Of a stretch of 64,000 nt of DNA, positions 1 to 9,708 are shown piece after piece. The stretch is taken from positions 1 through 64,000 of the IMG/VR virus record IMGVR_UViG_2162886007_000107; one strand, given 5' to 3'. Numbering within the stretch: position 1 is the stretch's first letter; every line of letters starts with the position of its first letter. A program made the position numbers and the translations under genes. The notes beneath the pieces were generated by a model. It had not been told where the DNA came from. It did not search any database and saw only the letters and a list, made by a program, of their open reading frames with translations.

Positions 1-11
1 TTTTTTTTGCT

Positions 12-851
12 TTAGTTAATGCAAAGGTTGTGGGTAACAATCCAGTCTTCTACTACAAACAACTTATCTTCACTGTCGATATTAATGCAGATCGTTTCAG
101 TCGGGTGTTCTTTAACGATGCCAACAATCTTTAAGCGACTTGCTGCAAATCTGGCAATGTCGTCTTGCTCGATGTCTCGATGTCTGGCAGTAACTACATA
201 ACCGTCTTCAACCTTTTGAAGATCAGCAATACCGCCAACACTCCATGCCAGGTGTTGGAAGTTAAGAGCACTTTGTTTGTGCTCGGTAATGTAGCGAACA
301 GTACCGTTGCTTGCTACGCAGCCTTCATTGGTGCGCATGGCTGTAGCAATAGCTCGACGGTCCTGGTAATGAAGTTCTTGTATTTCACGGTTAACAGTAT
401 GACGTTCGCCAATTAGCATCATGGCAATGTCTTTAACAAATTCATCGGCAATACGTTTCTCCGCACCACTGATCTCACCAACCAGAGGGATGGCGTATTC
501 GAACTCATTGAAGTGAGCAATGATGTCGGCGGTGGTAGTAACGTACGGAGCAACACTATTACCCTCGTATACTTCCCAAAGATGCAACGGATGACTTACA
601 GCCTCACGTCCGTCCTCAAAGATGAACTTGTAGCAGTCTGTGACGCCCTGTGGGATTACTTCGGTCACTGAGGCTATGTTACCCATAGGACCAATGACCT
701 TACTGCCCTCACGCAGTTCCTTTAAAGCTAGCCAACCGCCAGGTACTTTTACCTTTACGTTGTACGGCATGGCTTTACCCTTGCTAACCATATTAAGCTT
801 AGGTTCGTTATTAACCTTTAACCCTACCATGGATTTTAAGAGGTTGATCAT
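12..851 (-). CDS. Free-standing intein-like (Hint + degenerate LAGLIDADG) protein, class-3 type
   Basis: GK|AMP at the block A start, HLW in block B, block F Cys (TETICINID), IVTHN in block G; only 26 aa upstream and LCIN downstream; AGGA RBS before the ATG. Confidence 0.8.
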   Translation of the reverse strand: MINLLKSMVGLKVNNEPKLNMVSKGKAMPYNVKVKVPGGWLALKELREGSKVIGPMGNIASVTEVIPQGVTDCYKFIFEDGREAVSHPLHLWEVYEGNSVAPYVTTTADIIAHFNEFEYAIPLVGEISGAEKRIADEFVKDIAMMLIGERHTVNREIQELHYQDRRAIATAMRTNEGCVASNGTVRYITEHKQSALNFQHLAWSVGGIADLQKVEDGYVVTARHRDIEQDDIARFAASRLKIVGIVKEHPTETICINIDSEDKLFVVEDWIVTHNLCIN

Positions 852-1011
852 CGTTAATGTCCTACGGGGAAATTTAATGGTTTATCCATATTAATGTTGT
901 GGTGAAGCGCTACAGCGTTGTACAAAATTGATGCATTCATATTAATTCTTTTTGGTGCTGGAACATCGGCATTGAAACTATTCCCAAAAGCTCTACCACA
1001 AGGAAAGCAGC

Positions 1012-2610
1012 ATGTCTGAACAAGCCGATAAAAACATTGGTGAAGCGGTCGCAGAAACCGTTGCTCAGGATAACGAAGCAATTCGTGAAGTCTTGGGTAA
1101 GGATGATCCCTTTGTACAAGCATTGGACGTGAAAAACCGTCCGGTAATCGATGAGACCAAAAGCGGTCCTGTCTGTGGTTGCCCGGGCGTGATTCACGAG
1201 AATCCAGAATGCCAGTTGCCGGATGCAGCGGTGGTTGCATTGGCGGCTGCTAAAGACGTTAGCCTTGCTTTGGCTCAATACGAACACAATATGCCGGCAT
1301 ACTGGGTGAGCATGATGCGCTTGCCAGGCATGCAGTCGTTCTATCCGTTCCACGATCACAGTAAAACTGGCGATCTCGGCGGTCTGTCTCTGACCCGTGA
1401 TGACAGTCCTGAACAGGCTGCTTATCTGGAAGACTATCTGGACCCCAAGAATGTCGAACCGGCATTCAAGAAGTTCTGGTCGACCTTTATGCCAAACGCT
1501 CCACAAACCGGTGCGGTGTTCGTTTACTATGGCCTGGTCGGTGACACTGAGGTTGTTTACCTCCGTTATCAGCAGGATCATGTTCACCCAATGGAGTTCG
1601 TACTGCCTCGTGCTGAACTCACCTACTTCCTGCGTGGCTGGACTGAAGCGATCACCAGCGATCACATGCAGACTGAGATGGAAGACTGGTGCAAACATCC
1701 GACCGGGTACAAAGATCTCCAGAAGAAAGGCTACCGCTATAATGTGAGTGCCCTGGCTCTGGTTCTTCCTTTGAGCTACTTCTTCGCTGATGCCTTTGGC
1801 ATTAAAGAAGATCAGTTTGCAAACATGGTCAATGGTGATTTCAAGATTCTGGAAGACATCAAGAAAGAACTGTCCAATCGCTTCGACCGTTACGTTGCCG
1901 ATATCAGCCGCTTTGCCATCACCCTGAAGGACAAGGTCAAGTTCAAAGACCACAACCTGATGCTGGCGTTCAAGGGCACTGATGACTTCCGTGGTCTGGT
2001 TGTTTCCCTCGACAAGATCTATCCGAAGTTCCCTGAAGGCGGTCAGTACGAGTGTGGCGTCAATCCACTCAAACTGGAAGACTGGAAGACCGAGGGTGAT
2101 AACGTCAAGGTTGTTATCCGCAAGCTGATTCGCCTGTCGACGAAAGTCAACGACATGCTGAACAAGATGTACCGTGAACTGCCAAACAACAAATGGTGCG
2201 AAACCTGGTTGGATGGTTTGGTTCGTGAACGTCTGCTGGCTGCGAGCCACTTCCTGAAAGAGCTGTACCAGGCTAACCCTACTGACATCCGTCCATACGT
2301 GGAAGAGATGGCCAACAAGGTTCTGTCCGCTCTGAACGAACGTGGTGGCAACATCGGTCTCGATCTGACCAGCTGGGTCGTCTACCAGTACTTCGATAAC
2401 GGCAGTCCTCCTATCCCTGTGGTGGCGGAAGGTCTGAACTTCAAGCAAGAACTGTATAACCAGCACACCGAGCGTTTCATGGAAGTGCTGTATCAGTACC
2501 TGTTCCACGTGCGTAGCCCGTACATTCGTCCATACGTCCATAAGGTCGTAGCAGACAAGAATGACGGTATCCCTGTCGGCTCGATTCGTCCGGTCAACAA
2601 AGAAGAATAA
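1012..2610 (+). CDS. Hypothetical protein with tail-tube-like N-terminal peptide
   Basis: 532-aa ORF with AAGGA RBS and strong phage codon bias; residues 32-47 match tail tube residues 20-35. Confidence 0.85.
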   Translation: MSEQADKNIGEAVAETVAQDNEAIREVLGKDDPFVQALDVKNRPVIDETKSGPVCGCPGVIHENPECQLPDAAVVALAAAKDVSLALAQYEHNMPAYWVSMMRLPGMQSFYPFHDHSKTGDLGGLSLTRDDSPEQAAYLEDYLDPKNVEPAFKKFWSTFMPNAPQTGAVFVYYGLVGDTEVVYLRYQQDHVHPMEFVLPRAELTYFLRGWTEAITSDHMQTEMEDWCKHPTGYKDLQKKGYRYNVSALALVLPLSYFFADAFGIKEDQFANMVNGDFKILEDIKKELSNRFDRYVADISRFAITLKDKVKFKDHNLMLAFKGTDDFRGLVVSLDKIYPKFPEGGQYECGVNPLKLEDWKTEGDNVKVVIRKLIRLSTKVNDMLNKMYRELPNNKWCETWLDGLVRERLLAASHFLKELYQANPTDIRPYVEEMANKVLSALNERGGNIGLDLTSWVVYQYFDNGSPPIPVVAEGLNFKQELYNQHTERFMEVLYQYLFHVRSPYIRPYVHKVVADKNDGIPVGSIRPVNKEE

Positions 2611-2622
2611 ATAGTCCAGTCT

Positions 2623-2656
2623 TATACCCTACCAGCCCAGTGGCTGGTAGGGTATA
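2623..2656. terminator. 15-bp perfect hairpin between convergent genes
   Basis: TATACCCTACCAGCC-cagt-GGCTGGTAGGGTATA. Confidence 0.75.
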
Positions 2657-2662
2657 GCTGGG

Positions 2663-3307
2663 TTATGGCTGCTTACCCAACCTGATGATATCAGCTTCCA
2701 GTTCAGCGATGTACACATGAGCTGCGGTCAGATCCTTCTCCAACTTCAATGCGCGAGCTGCATCGTTGTTGTTATCAGTGATCTTGCTTTTACGAAGAGT
2801 TTCATATGCATCGGCTTGATCCTTGGAAACATACCCAATGGTAGGGATGGTACCCAAGGAAACCGTTACAGGGATACCCACGTTGGCTTCTGTGTATTCC
2901 TTGATGTGTTGCAAGGTCAGAGCCAGTGTGTCTTTCATCGACGGAGGAACAGCACCAAAGCTAACAATAGCGCACATGTTCTCATAGCTTACGCCATCAA
3001 CCATCGGCCAGCTTTTGAGATACGTGGTAAGGACGTAAGTAGCTACGTCACTGCGATCCAGGAGACTAAGAACCTTGGCTCCTTTATCCCTGGCTCGTTG
3101 CAGTACTCTGGGGAAGTCCTCTACGGAAACGCCTACCGGTTTGAAGACCAACTCGTACAAGTCGAGTTTGAGAGACTCCATCTCGTGGAGGTTACGGATT
3201 GCTTCTACTTTGTAGTAGACGTCCGTTTTAACCACCGAATCAAATGGAGCCAGTGCTTCGAACCGGCCTCTGGCGTCAATAGACGGAATGATGTTGTTGT
3301 CTGCCAT
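2663..3307 (-). CDS. Conserved jumbo-phage hypothetical protein
   Basis: 214-aa ORF abutting the upstream gene and ending at a hairpin. Confidence 0.75.
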   Translation of the reverse strand: MADNNIIPSIDARGRFEALAPFDSVVKTDVYYKVEAIRNLHEMESLKLDLYELVFKPVGVSVEDFPRVLQRARDKGAKVLSLLDRSDVATYVLTTYLKSWPMVDGVSYENMCAIVSFGAVPPSMKDTLALTLQHIKEYTEANVGIPVTVSLGTIPTIGYVSKDQADAYETLRKSKITDNNNDAARALKLEKDLTAAHVYIAELEADIIRLGKQP

Positions 3308-3308
3308 A

Positions 3309-4658
3309 TCAGAGACCTTCTACTCCATCCTTCTGCATCTGCCAGCGAGTAAGTACCAGCAGTTTGGCTTTACCTACACGACGAGCAGCGTACATCTGAC
3401 CAAAACGCATTACACGAGTAATACCAGGCTGAGGCAGGCTGATATCAGTCATGACTTCGGCAGCAGCCAGGAGATCTTCCATGTTGCGGATGAACTCTTG
3501 AGTACTACGGGACAGCAGATCGAAGTCGCTATCCAGAGAAGAGATCAAGGAATAGTCAGGGTACAGGTTCAAAACCTTCTTCATGCCTTCGCGGTTATTC
3601 AACTTACCGACGATCGCCGTGTTCACGGACTTGTACATGAATGGCACGAACTGGGTGGATTTTATGACATGGTCAGTAGACATGTTTGGGGTAAGGAACT
3701 TATTGACCAGATCCATTCGTGTTTCGTTATCAGTGATCGGGCTGTAGTTACGAGCGCCGTTCGTTTTGTTCTCCAGGCCATAACGGTTGAAGAACGGGAT
3801 AACGTAGTACTCAATCGGGTTGAACAGATCAGGAATCTTTTCTTCCCACTTCGACAACGGGTATTGGGAGTCTTTGAGGATCTCGTTGCGCATTTGCTCA
3901 AAGAGTTGATCGTCAGAGTCTACACCATTACCCCACCACACATAGCGCCACCAGCCAGTAGTGGACATGCCAACGTTGGTGAGGTCCATCATCTCGAAAG
4001 AGATAGTCTCGCCATCGGTAACAGGCCACGCCGCGTTGTCAGTAACCGCATGCATGCGCTTGCTAATTACGTCAGGGGTTTCCTTCTTCAGACGTTCTTC
4101 CATTTGTTGGAAGTTCATCGGCATCAGGGAATCCATGTCTGCAAGTGCAACTGGGTGTACGATCGCAAAGGAGACCTTAGGGTATTCCCGCTTGAAGTAC
4201 TCGTCCGCAAACCAAAGATAGAAAAGCTGCTGCTCACCATCTACGAGATGGTTACCTGTTACGAAGCTGGGGAGCCAGTAACGATTGTTGGTAACCATTT
4301 CACCGATATCTTTAATCTCGATACCGTTAGAGAACTGAGCCTTGAGCAAAGCCAGAGTGTTGGGACGGTTGCCGGTGACGTTGCCTTTCTTGGCCTGATC
4401 CACCAGCCAGTTGCTGATTTCCAATTGCTTGTTAGCAATTGCAGTTGGCATCACAATCTCAACATCGTCTTCGATGCTCAAGAAGTTATGCAGTACCGAA
4501 GAACTAGGCTGATCGTTAAAAGCGAAGATGCCTTGGTCTTTGGAATACGTTTTCGACTTGTTGCTGATTTCACCGATGGGTGATACACTTTTTACCCCGT
4601 TATTGGCGAACTCGGCAATAGCCGCAAACGATAAATAGTTTTTAACACTCATTGCCAC
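3309..4658 (-). CDS. Putative virion structural protein
   Basis: 449-aa ORF; position next to the RNase H-like and UvsX genes as in phiKZ-like phages (synteny only). Confidence 0.6.
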   Translation of the reverse strand: MAMSVKNYLSFAAIAEFANNGVKSVSPIGEISNKSKTYSKDQGIFAFNDQPSSSVLHNFLSIEDDVEIVMPTAIANKQLEISNWLVDQAKKGNVTGNRPNTLALLKAQFSNGIEIKDIGEMVTNNRYWLPSFVTGNHLVDGEQQLFYLWFADEYFKREYPKVSFAIVHPVALADMDSLMPMNFQQMEERLKKETPDVISKRMHAVTDNAAWPVTDGETISFEMMDLTNVGMSTTGWWRYVWWGNGVDSDDQLFEQMRNEILKDSQYPLSKWEEKIPDLFNPIEYYVIPFFNRYGLENKTNGARNYSPITDNETRMDLVNKFLTPNMSTDHVIKSTQFVPFMYKSVNTAIVGKLNNREGMKKVLNLYPDYSLISSLDSDFDLLSRSTQEFIRNMEDLLAAAEVMTDISLPQPGITRVMRFGQMYAARRVGKAKLLVLTRWQMQKDGVEGL

Positions 4659-4685
4659 ACCTCTAACTAGTAAGGGACATACGTT

Positions 4686-5150
4686 ATGCTTTTTGGGCTC
4701 TTAAGAGAGCTGACTGATAGATTCATAGAATTCACCCTAAAGATGGTGAAAGGGGACACTCCAGAAGCCCAACTAACCTCTGCGTTGAAGTCTTGCGTAT
4801 TGTTAATCGCCGGTCTATTGACTGTAGTAGTGACTCTCGCTGGGAACAACTGGGAGTTACATCAACAATACAAGGATTATGAGTCTACCGTCAGCAAGTT
4901 GGGTTTCATTCTTAATCCCGACAATTTGAACGGGACAAGTAAGGAAATCACTGCTTTGGTTAAGTCGATTGATGCTAACACCAATGCTATCCGTAAGGAG
5001 AACGCACGGTTGTCAGGAGTCAACATTGGTTTGGCTAGCGAGAACAATACCCTTCATCTCGTTCTCGGTAAGCAGTTGCAAGAACTCATCCGAATTCGAG
5101 CAAACAACGATACGTTGATGAAAATGTGCGTGTTCAAGGTTGGGGGATGA
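4686..5150 (+). CDS. Membrane-anchored coiled-coil protein (possibly spanin-like)
   Basis: One hydrophobic segment (CVLLIAGLLTVVVTLA) followed by a heptad-rich region. Confidence 0.55.
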   Translation: MLFGLLRELTDRFIEFTLKMVKGDTPEAQLTSALKSCVLLIAGLLTVVVTLAGNNWELHQQYKDYESTVSKLGFILNPDNLNGTSKEITALVKSIDANTNAIRKENARLSGVNIGLASENNTLHLVLGKQLQELIRIRANNDTLMKMCVFKVGG

Positions 5151-5174
5151 TTTAATACCCCCGACCCAATCTTA

Positions 5175-6716
5175 ATGGGTAGGTCATTTAAAAGAGTGAC
5201 GGTGATGGAAGAGATTGAACCGATTAAGAACCTTGTGGCCTATTTGTGCGCAGGTTCTGTAAAAGTAGGTAAGAAAGAAGAATTTTCACTCGGTGGTTTT
5301 GGTTATTCGTACACCATTGCTAACGAGGGTAAGAAACAGCTTAAGAAGGACGTAGCAACTACTTCGGGTTATTACACTGGTAACAATCAGCGTTCTAACA
5401 CAGTGGTGGTAGTTGACGAAATCCTGACATTGGTTGCGTCGAACCGTCACAGTATGTTTGAAGTTATCATGGATGGTTTTAATGAGGTTCTGGAACAGTT
5501 CGTTATTGGCGGATCTGTATTCAAGAACCTTTGCTTGATCTCTTCGTTCACTGAACTTAATCTGGTTTGGAAACTCAAGCCAGAACAAGTTAAAGAAACA
5601 GGGATGAAGATCGGCAAGCATGAGTTAAGTACAGCTGACTATGCGGCACTCAGAAAGGTCATGAAGACTATCGCTGAGTTCCAGGCTCTTCCTGATCGTA
5701 AGGTTATCTTCGATTTCGCTCAGGCTGCTGAAGGTGGGTTCGGGAACAAGAACTCGTTTAAGCAGATGGAGCTGGCAGAAGTAATGACTACCTTTGGCAA
5801 CGAACCAGAGATTAGTCTAGGTCTTATTCCTCGCAAGCAATATGAGGAACCGGAAACTGATTTCAATAAGCTGGTTACTGGCTCGCGCTGGTATATTGAC
5901 TCGGTTAGTCCGGAAGATCATTACGCAGAGATTTACGGTTACAGGAAGTACGGTTTCGGTAAGGTTGAGCCGGATAAGAACTATTACGGGAAACAAACTC
6001 CTGATGTTACTTATTCAGCTCTCTTCACCAAGAAGCCTATTGCTTTCCTGGATAAGTTGTTTGACTTCGCTCACAAGCGGATCTACAACCCGGATGGTTA
6101 CTTGCTGGCTGGTGACTTGCGTCATTTGAACAGTAAAGAAGTAGCACGAATGATCGATACCTATCCAGCTATTAAGCAGGGTAAAGATTTGGTCAGTCCT
6201 GTTACTAAGCAGAACGGTAAGCCGGTTCTCATTGAACTCATTAGCCCGGTGTTGATGAGTTATCGTATTCGTGATCAACTGGACTCGATGAATGTCGTAC
6301 TGGACACCTTCCTTAAGAAGGACGAGAACAACCAGTCCGGCTACACCAAGTTCTACGACATCACGGATATGATCTACCTCAAAGAAGCCAACAAGAAAGG
6401 TGATATCAAGGTTAAGTTGAATCCTGAGTTCAACACTTTGAAGAATACCTTCTTGGTAAAGGTGGAACATCCGAAGGCAGTCAAGCCTGTTGCGTTGTTG
6501 TTGAGTGTTGGCTATGACATGCCCGAGCGGAATTCGTTTAACTCGGTAGATGACCCTAACGTTGAAGTGTGGGTGGCTACTGATACGCGTAATGCTCAAG
6601 GTATTCGTTACTGCACCGTTGTCAAGACCGATGACTGTATCTACATTCATACATCGGCCGTGGCTAATCTCAAAGTGCTCAGTCTAGCGGAACAAGGCCG
6701 AAGCAAAGAGAAGTAA
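5175..6716 (+). CDS. RNase H-like protein (phiKZ gp155-like), catalytic residues apparently degenerate
   Basis: AYLCAGS...GGFGY and GGFGNKNS resemble RNase HI motifs YTDGS/GGWG/GHxGxxGNExAD; synteny; start may be 5205. Confidence 0.5.
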   Translation: MGRSFKRVTVMEEIEPIKNLVAYLCAGSVKVGKKEEFSLGGFGYSYTIANEGKKQLKKDVATTSGYYTGNNQRSNTVVVVDEILTLVASNRHSMFEVIMDGFNEVLEQFVIGGSVFKNLCLISSFTELNLVWKLKPEQVKETGMKIGKHELSTADYAALRKVMKTIAEFQALPDRKVIFDFAQAAEGGFGNKNSFKQMELAEVMTTFGNEPEISLGLIPRKQYEEPETDFNKLVTGSRWYIDSVSPEDHYAEIYGYRKYGFGKVEPDKNYYGKQTPDVTYSALFTKKPIAFLDKLFDFAHKRIYNPDGYLLAGDLRHLNSKEVARMIDTYPAIKQGKDLVSPVTKQNGKPVLIELISPVLMSYRIRDQLDSMNVVLDTFLKKDENNQSGYTKFYDITDMIYLKEANKKGDIKVKLNPEFNTLKNTFLVKVEHPKAVKPVALLLSVGYDMPERNSFNSVDDPNVEVWVATDTRNAQGIRYCTVVKTDDCIYIHTSAVANLKVLSLAEQGRSKEK

Positions 6717-6725
6717 GTGCAGCAT

Positions 6726-6762
6726 ATACCCCCTACCCCCTGCTTTAGGGGGTAGGGGGTAT
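6726..6762. terminator. 16-bp perfect hairpin between convergent genes
   Basis: ATACCCCCTACCCCCT-gcttt-AGGGGGTAGGGGGTAT. Confidence 0.75.
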
Positions 6763-6780
6763 TACCTTATGACTGCTTTT

Positions 6781-7650
6781 TTAGTATTTCAAAGCGTCCA
6801 GGGATTTAACCTGAGCTTGGAACACCGCGGTAAGTTCGTTCAGGAGAACCATCATAACGCCAGCCACGTTGGTGAAATCACGGAAGCGATTCACGATACC
6901 TTCTACTTCGGCAATTGCCTCAGGAGTCAGTATGAGGTCATTGGCTTTGATCTTCTTGACTAAGAGTTGACCGATTTCGAAAACGTCAGTGATAATCTTG
7001 GAGATCATCTCGGCGTCACGGGAACCCAGGTTCTTTACAGCAACGTTGTAGGTGTGGATCACGTCCCACATTTCTTCGAAGCTGGAGTAGACCACACCGA
7101 GGTTCTGAGTAGTGGTACGGCCGTTGTCTGGGAGGCCCTTAATGAAGTTTTCAGCCTTGGTTAAGGCCTGACCAAAGTCACCAATAGACCAGCGGAATTC
7201 CTGTCCCATACGACCTTTGGACACGATATCTTTTAGCCAATCATATAGTCTTGAGGCCTCTGTTTTCAAACTGCTGACGATGTACACACCGAGGGCAACG
7301 TTCTTGGTGTAGAGCATCATCGAACCCATGCCAGGCAGGTAACCTTCAGGGGTCAGCATTGGAACAGTGGTGTTCTTGACGTAGAGGATATTCTCTTTTT
7401 TCAGACGAAGGCGGGTCTGATCAAAGTTGACAGTGTGAATGCTTTTCGCCAGAAGAGATAAACGCTTATCAATGGAGGTCGACAGTTCGGCAAAGAACAG
7501 GCTGAAGCTTTCGCCAATGGACAAAGATTCGAAACCAGCAACAGTTGTGATTGCTGGGTAGTGGATCTCGTGAAGCATTTCATTCACGAGGTTCTTGAGT
7601 TCTTGGCCAGCCGGTGGGTTAGCCTTACCCGGAGTTTGAGAGTGTTTCAT
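6781..7650 (-). CDS. Putative virion head protein
   Basis: 289-aa ORF with N-terminal AGQE and AGFE candidate protease sites; synteny. Confidence 0.55.
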   Translation of the reverse strand: MKHSQTPGKANPPAGQELKNLVNEMLHEIHYPAITTVAGFESLSIGESFSLFFAELSTSIDKRLSLLAKSIHTVNFDQTRLRLKKENILYVKNTTVPMLTPEGYLPGMGSMMLYTKNVALGVYIVSSLKTEASRLYDWLKDIVSKGRMGQEFRWSIGDFGQALTKAENFIKGLPDNGRTTTQNLGVVYSSFEEMWDVIHTYNVAVKNLGSRDAEMISKIITDVFEIGQLLVKKIKANDLILTPEAIAEVEGIVNRFRDFTNVAGVMMVLLNELTAVFQAQVKSLDALKY

Positions 7651-7734
7651 TACGGACCTCTATATACGTATACGTCGGGTAGGGCAGTTTGCCCCTGTGC
7701 TTGAATTTTCATAAAATTAGGGACTACACGTAGT

Positions 7735-9243
7735 ATGACTACTGCATTTAGCTTTACCAACGGCATTAAATCGTCAAATGCCATCATTCCGGCGTTTAAT
7801 GTTAACCCTATCTCGGACATGTTGAACGGGGAGTTCGTAGTAGGGCGGGATGGTATTACTTTTCTTAACGGGGGCGTGGTTCACAACAATGTGAACACTG
7901 GGGGCAGTAACACTCAGAAGACTGGTAAGACGCTGGATGACATCGTTACCACTCTGTGGCGGCACCCTATGTCGATTGCTTTCGTGATCGATATCGAAGC
8001 AACACTTCAAGTACAACGTGCGGCAAACCTGTATGACCGTCTGTGTGGTATTCCGGGCGAGTTCATGGCTAACGTCTTCAACAAGCGCTTCTTCTATTAC
8101 AACAAGAACGACTTCAACGCCAACCCATTCAACAACCCTAAGCTGGTTGGTAACCTGACTGGTGTTGACGGTACCTGGGTTCACCATTTCTTCAAGGATC
8201 TGAACGAAAAGGTTAAGCAGGATATCAAGGACAAGAAAGATATCTGGATGGAACTTCCATATCTGGATAACGACAACAAACCAATGCGTCATATCAATCC
8301 GATCATGTCTTTCGTAGACTCGATCTCGGAGATGCATTTCCACAAGGTATCCGCGCACTTCCAAGAAGGTGACGTGGACGAAGGCGGCGAGAAGCGTACT
8401 CGCGACATGCAGATCGGCAACATGCGCCGTATCGTGTATGAAGACGCCGACAACCTTGGTGGTGAAATCCACATGCTGCAATTCTGGACTGCGCAAGTAG
8501 TAGATGTGATGAACATCTCCGGCCGTCCACAAGAGAAAGAATCTGTATTCATTCGTCCTGGCAAAAAGCTCAAAGGTCCGAAGTCGCTTCTCCGTCTACC
8601 ACAAACTGGTTACGAGATCGTCAAGGGTTCTGCATTGAAGCAGGGTCAGGAATGGATGTACCCTAACCCATTCGGTAAAGACATTGTCCTCGATGCAAAT
8701 GCAAAAGAAAACCCTGATCTGCTGTGGTACCCGTTTACTATTTACCGTAACAAGAGTGGTGGCTCTGGTGGCGACTTTTTCTTTATTGGTTCCCAAAGTC
8801 TAGGGGTCCAGTACGGTCTCACCATGTACCACGCTTTGAAGACCGGCAAGATGTTTGGCCTGGAAGGCAGCATCATTAGCCACTGGTGCGTTCTTTACCC
8901 GGAGCTTAAAGTAGGTCGCACGACTTGCTGGGATAAGAGCATGAGCGATCCGAAGTTTTATCGGGCTCTCACCATCTGCTTCCAAATGGCGCACATGCAG
9001 AACGCATGGCTGGACTTGGACAACAAGTTCCGCATGACTCCGCAGGAGCTGTACGCCAAGATCAAGGATCAAGGTTACGACTGGAACGACATTTTGGAGA
9101 ACACTGTCGATTACTGGCACACCAACCCTCTGATCAAGAAACACAGTTTGAGCACCCAGGAACTTCTATTAATTGCACTGGGTGAACGCAAGCCTTACTG
9201 GCTGGAAAACAAGCCAACGCCTGCGGCGGTTAAGTCAGCTTAA
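7735..9243 (+). CDS. uvsX: UvsX/RecA-like recombinase ATPase
   Basis: Walker A variant GGSNTQKT, IDIE motif, Walker B FVDSISE, WTAQV strand, KNK-like RNKS motif. Confidence 0.75.
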   Translation: MTTAFSFTNGIKSSNAIIPAFNVNPISDMLNGEFVVGRDGITFLNGGVVHNNVNTGGSNTQKTGKTLDDIVTTLWRHPMSIAFVIDIEATLQVQRAANLYDRLCGIPGEFMANVFNKRFFYYNKNDFNANPFNNPKLVGNLTGVDGTWVHHFFKDLNEKVKQDIKDKKDIWMELPYLDNDNKPMRHINPIMSFVDSISEMHFHKVSAHFQEGDVDEGGEKRTRDMQIGNMRRIVYEDADNLGGEIHMLQFWTAQVVDVMNISGRPQEKESVFIRPGKKLKGPKSLLRLPQTGYEIVKGSALKQGQEWMYPNPFGKDIVLDANAKENPDLLWYPFTIYRNKSGGSGGDFFFIGSQSLGVQYGLTMYHALKTGKMFGLEGSIISHWCVLYPELKVGRTTCWDKSMSDPKFYRALTICFQMAHMQNAWLDLDNKFRMTPQELYAKIKDQGYDWNDILENTVDYWHTNPLIKKHSLSTQELLLIALGERKPYWLENKPTPAAVKSA

Positions 9244-9321
9244 CCTTTTATAGAGGAGTTAGTGCTCTTACAGGCTAACTCCTCAATTAATTTCTTTTTT
9301 GCATCAGGGGATTTAAGGGAT

Positions 9322-9708
9322 ATGGTACCTGTACAAAATTCGAGCATTATTCTGGTAGTTGCAGATAGTGGGTTTGCCAATCTCTGTGACGATCCTAATG
9401 CATACGTCATTCGTTTGAAGAAGATTCTGGGCGAGCGTGCTTTGGATACGCTAACCATCATGACCGTAAGTGGTAAGTACGGTATCGGTCCCTTGGCTGA
9501 AGATATCAAAGTGGTCGAAGTGGACGACAAGAACAAAACCATGTTCAGTCAAACACTGGAAAACGTTTCTGGTATCTTCGATGAACTCCTGGCTATCACC
9601 AATACCACCCAGGACAACTTTATCAACGCTGCTAAAGAAGTAATGGGTAACGCGAGCAAGACCATTACCACCTTCGGCTATCCACGGAAAAAAGACAATG
9701 GCCGGTAA
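9322..9708 (+). CDS. Hypothetical protein
   Basis: ORF with AAGGGA RBS before ATG 9322; overlaps the start of the next gene. Confidence 0.7.
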   Translation: MVPVQNSSIILVVADSGFANLCDDPNAYVIRLKKILGERALDTLTIMTVSGKYGIGPLAEDIKVVEVDDKNKTMFSQTLENVSGIFDELLAITNTTQDNFINAAKEVMGNASKTITTFGYPRKKDNGR

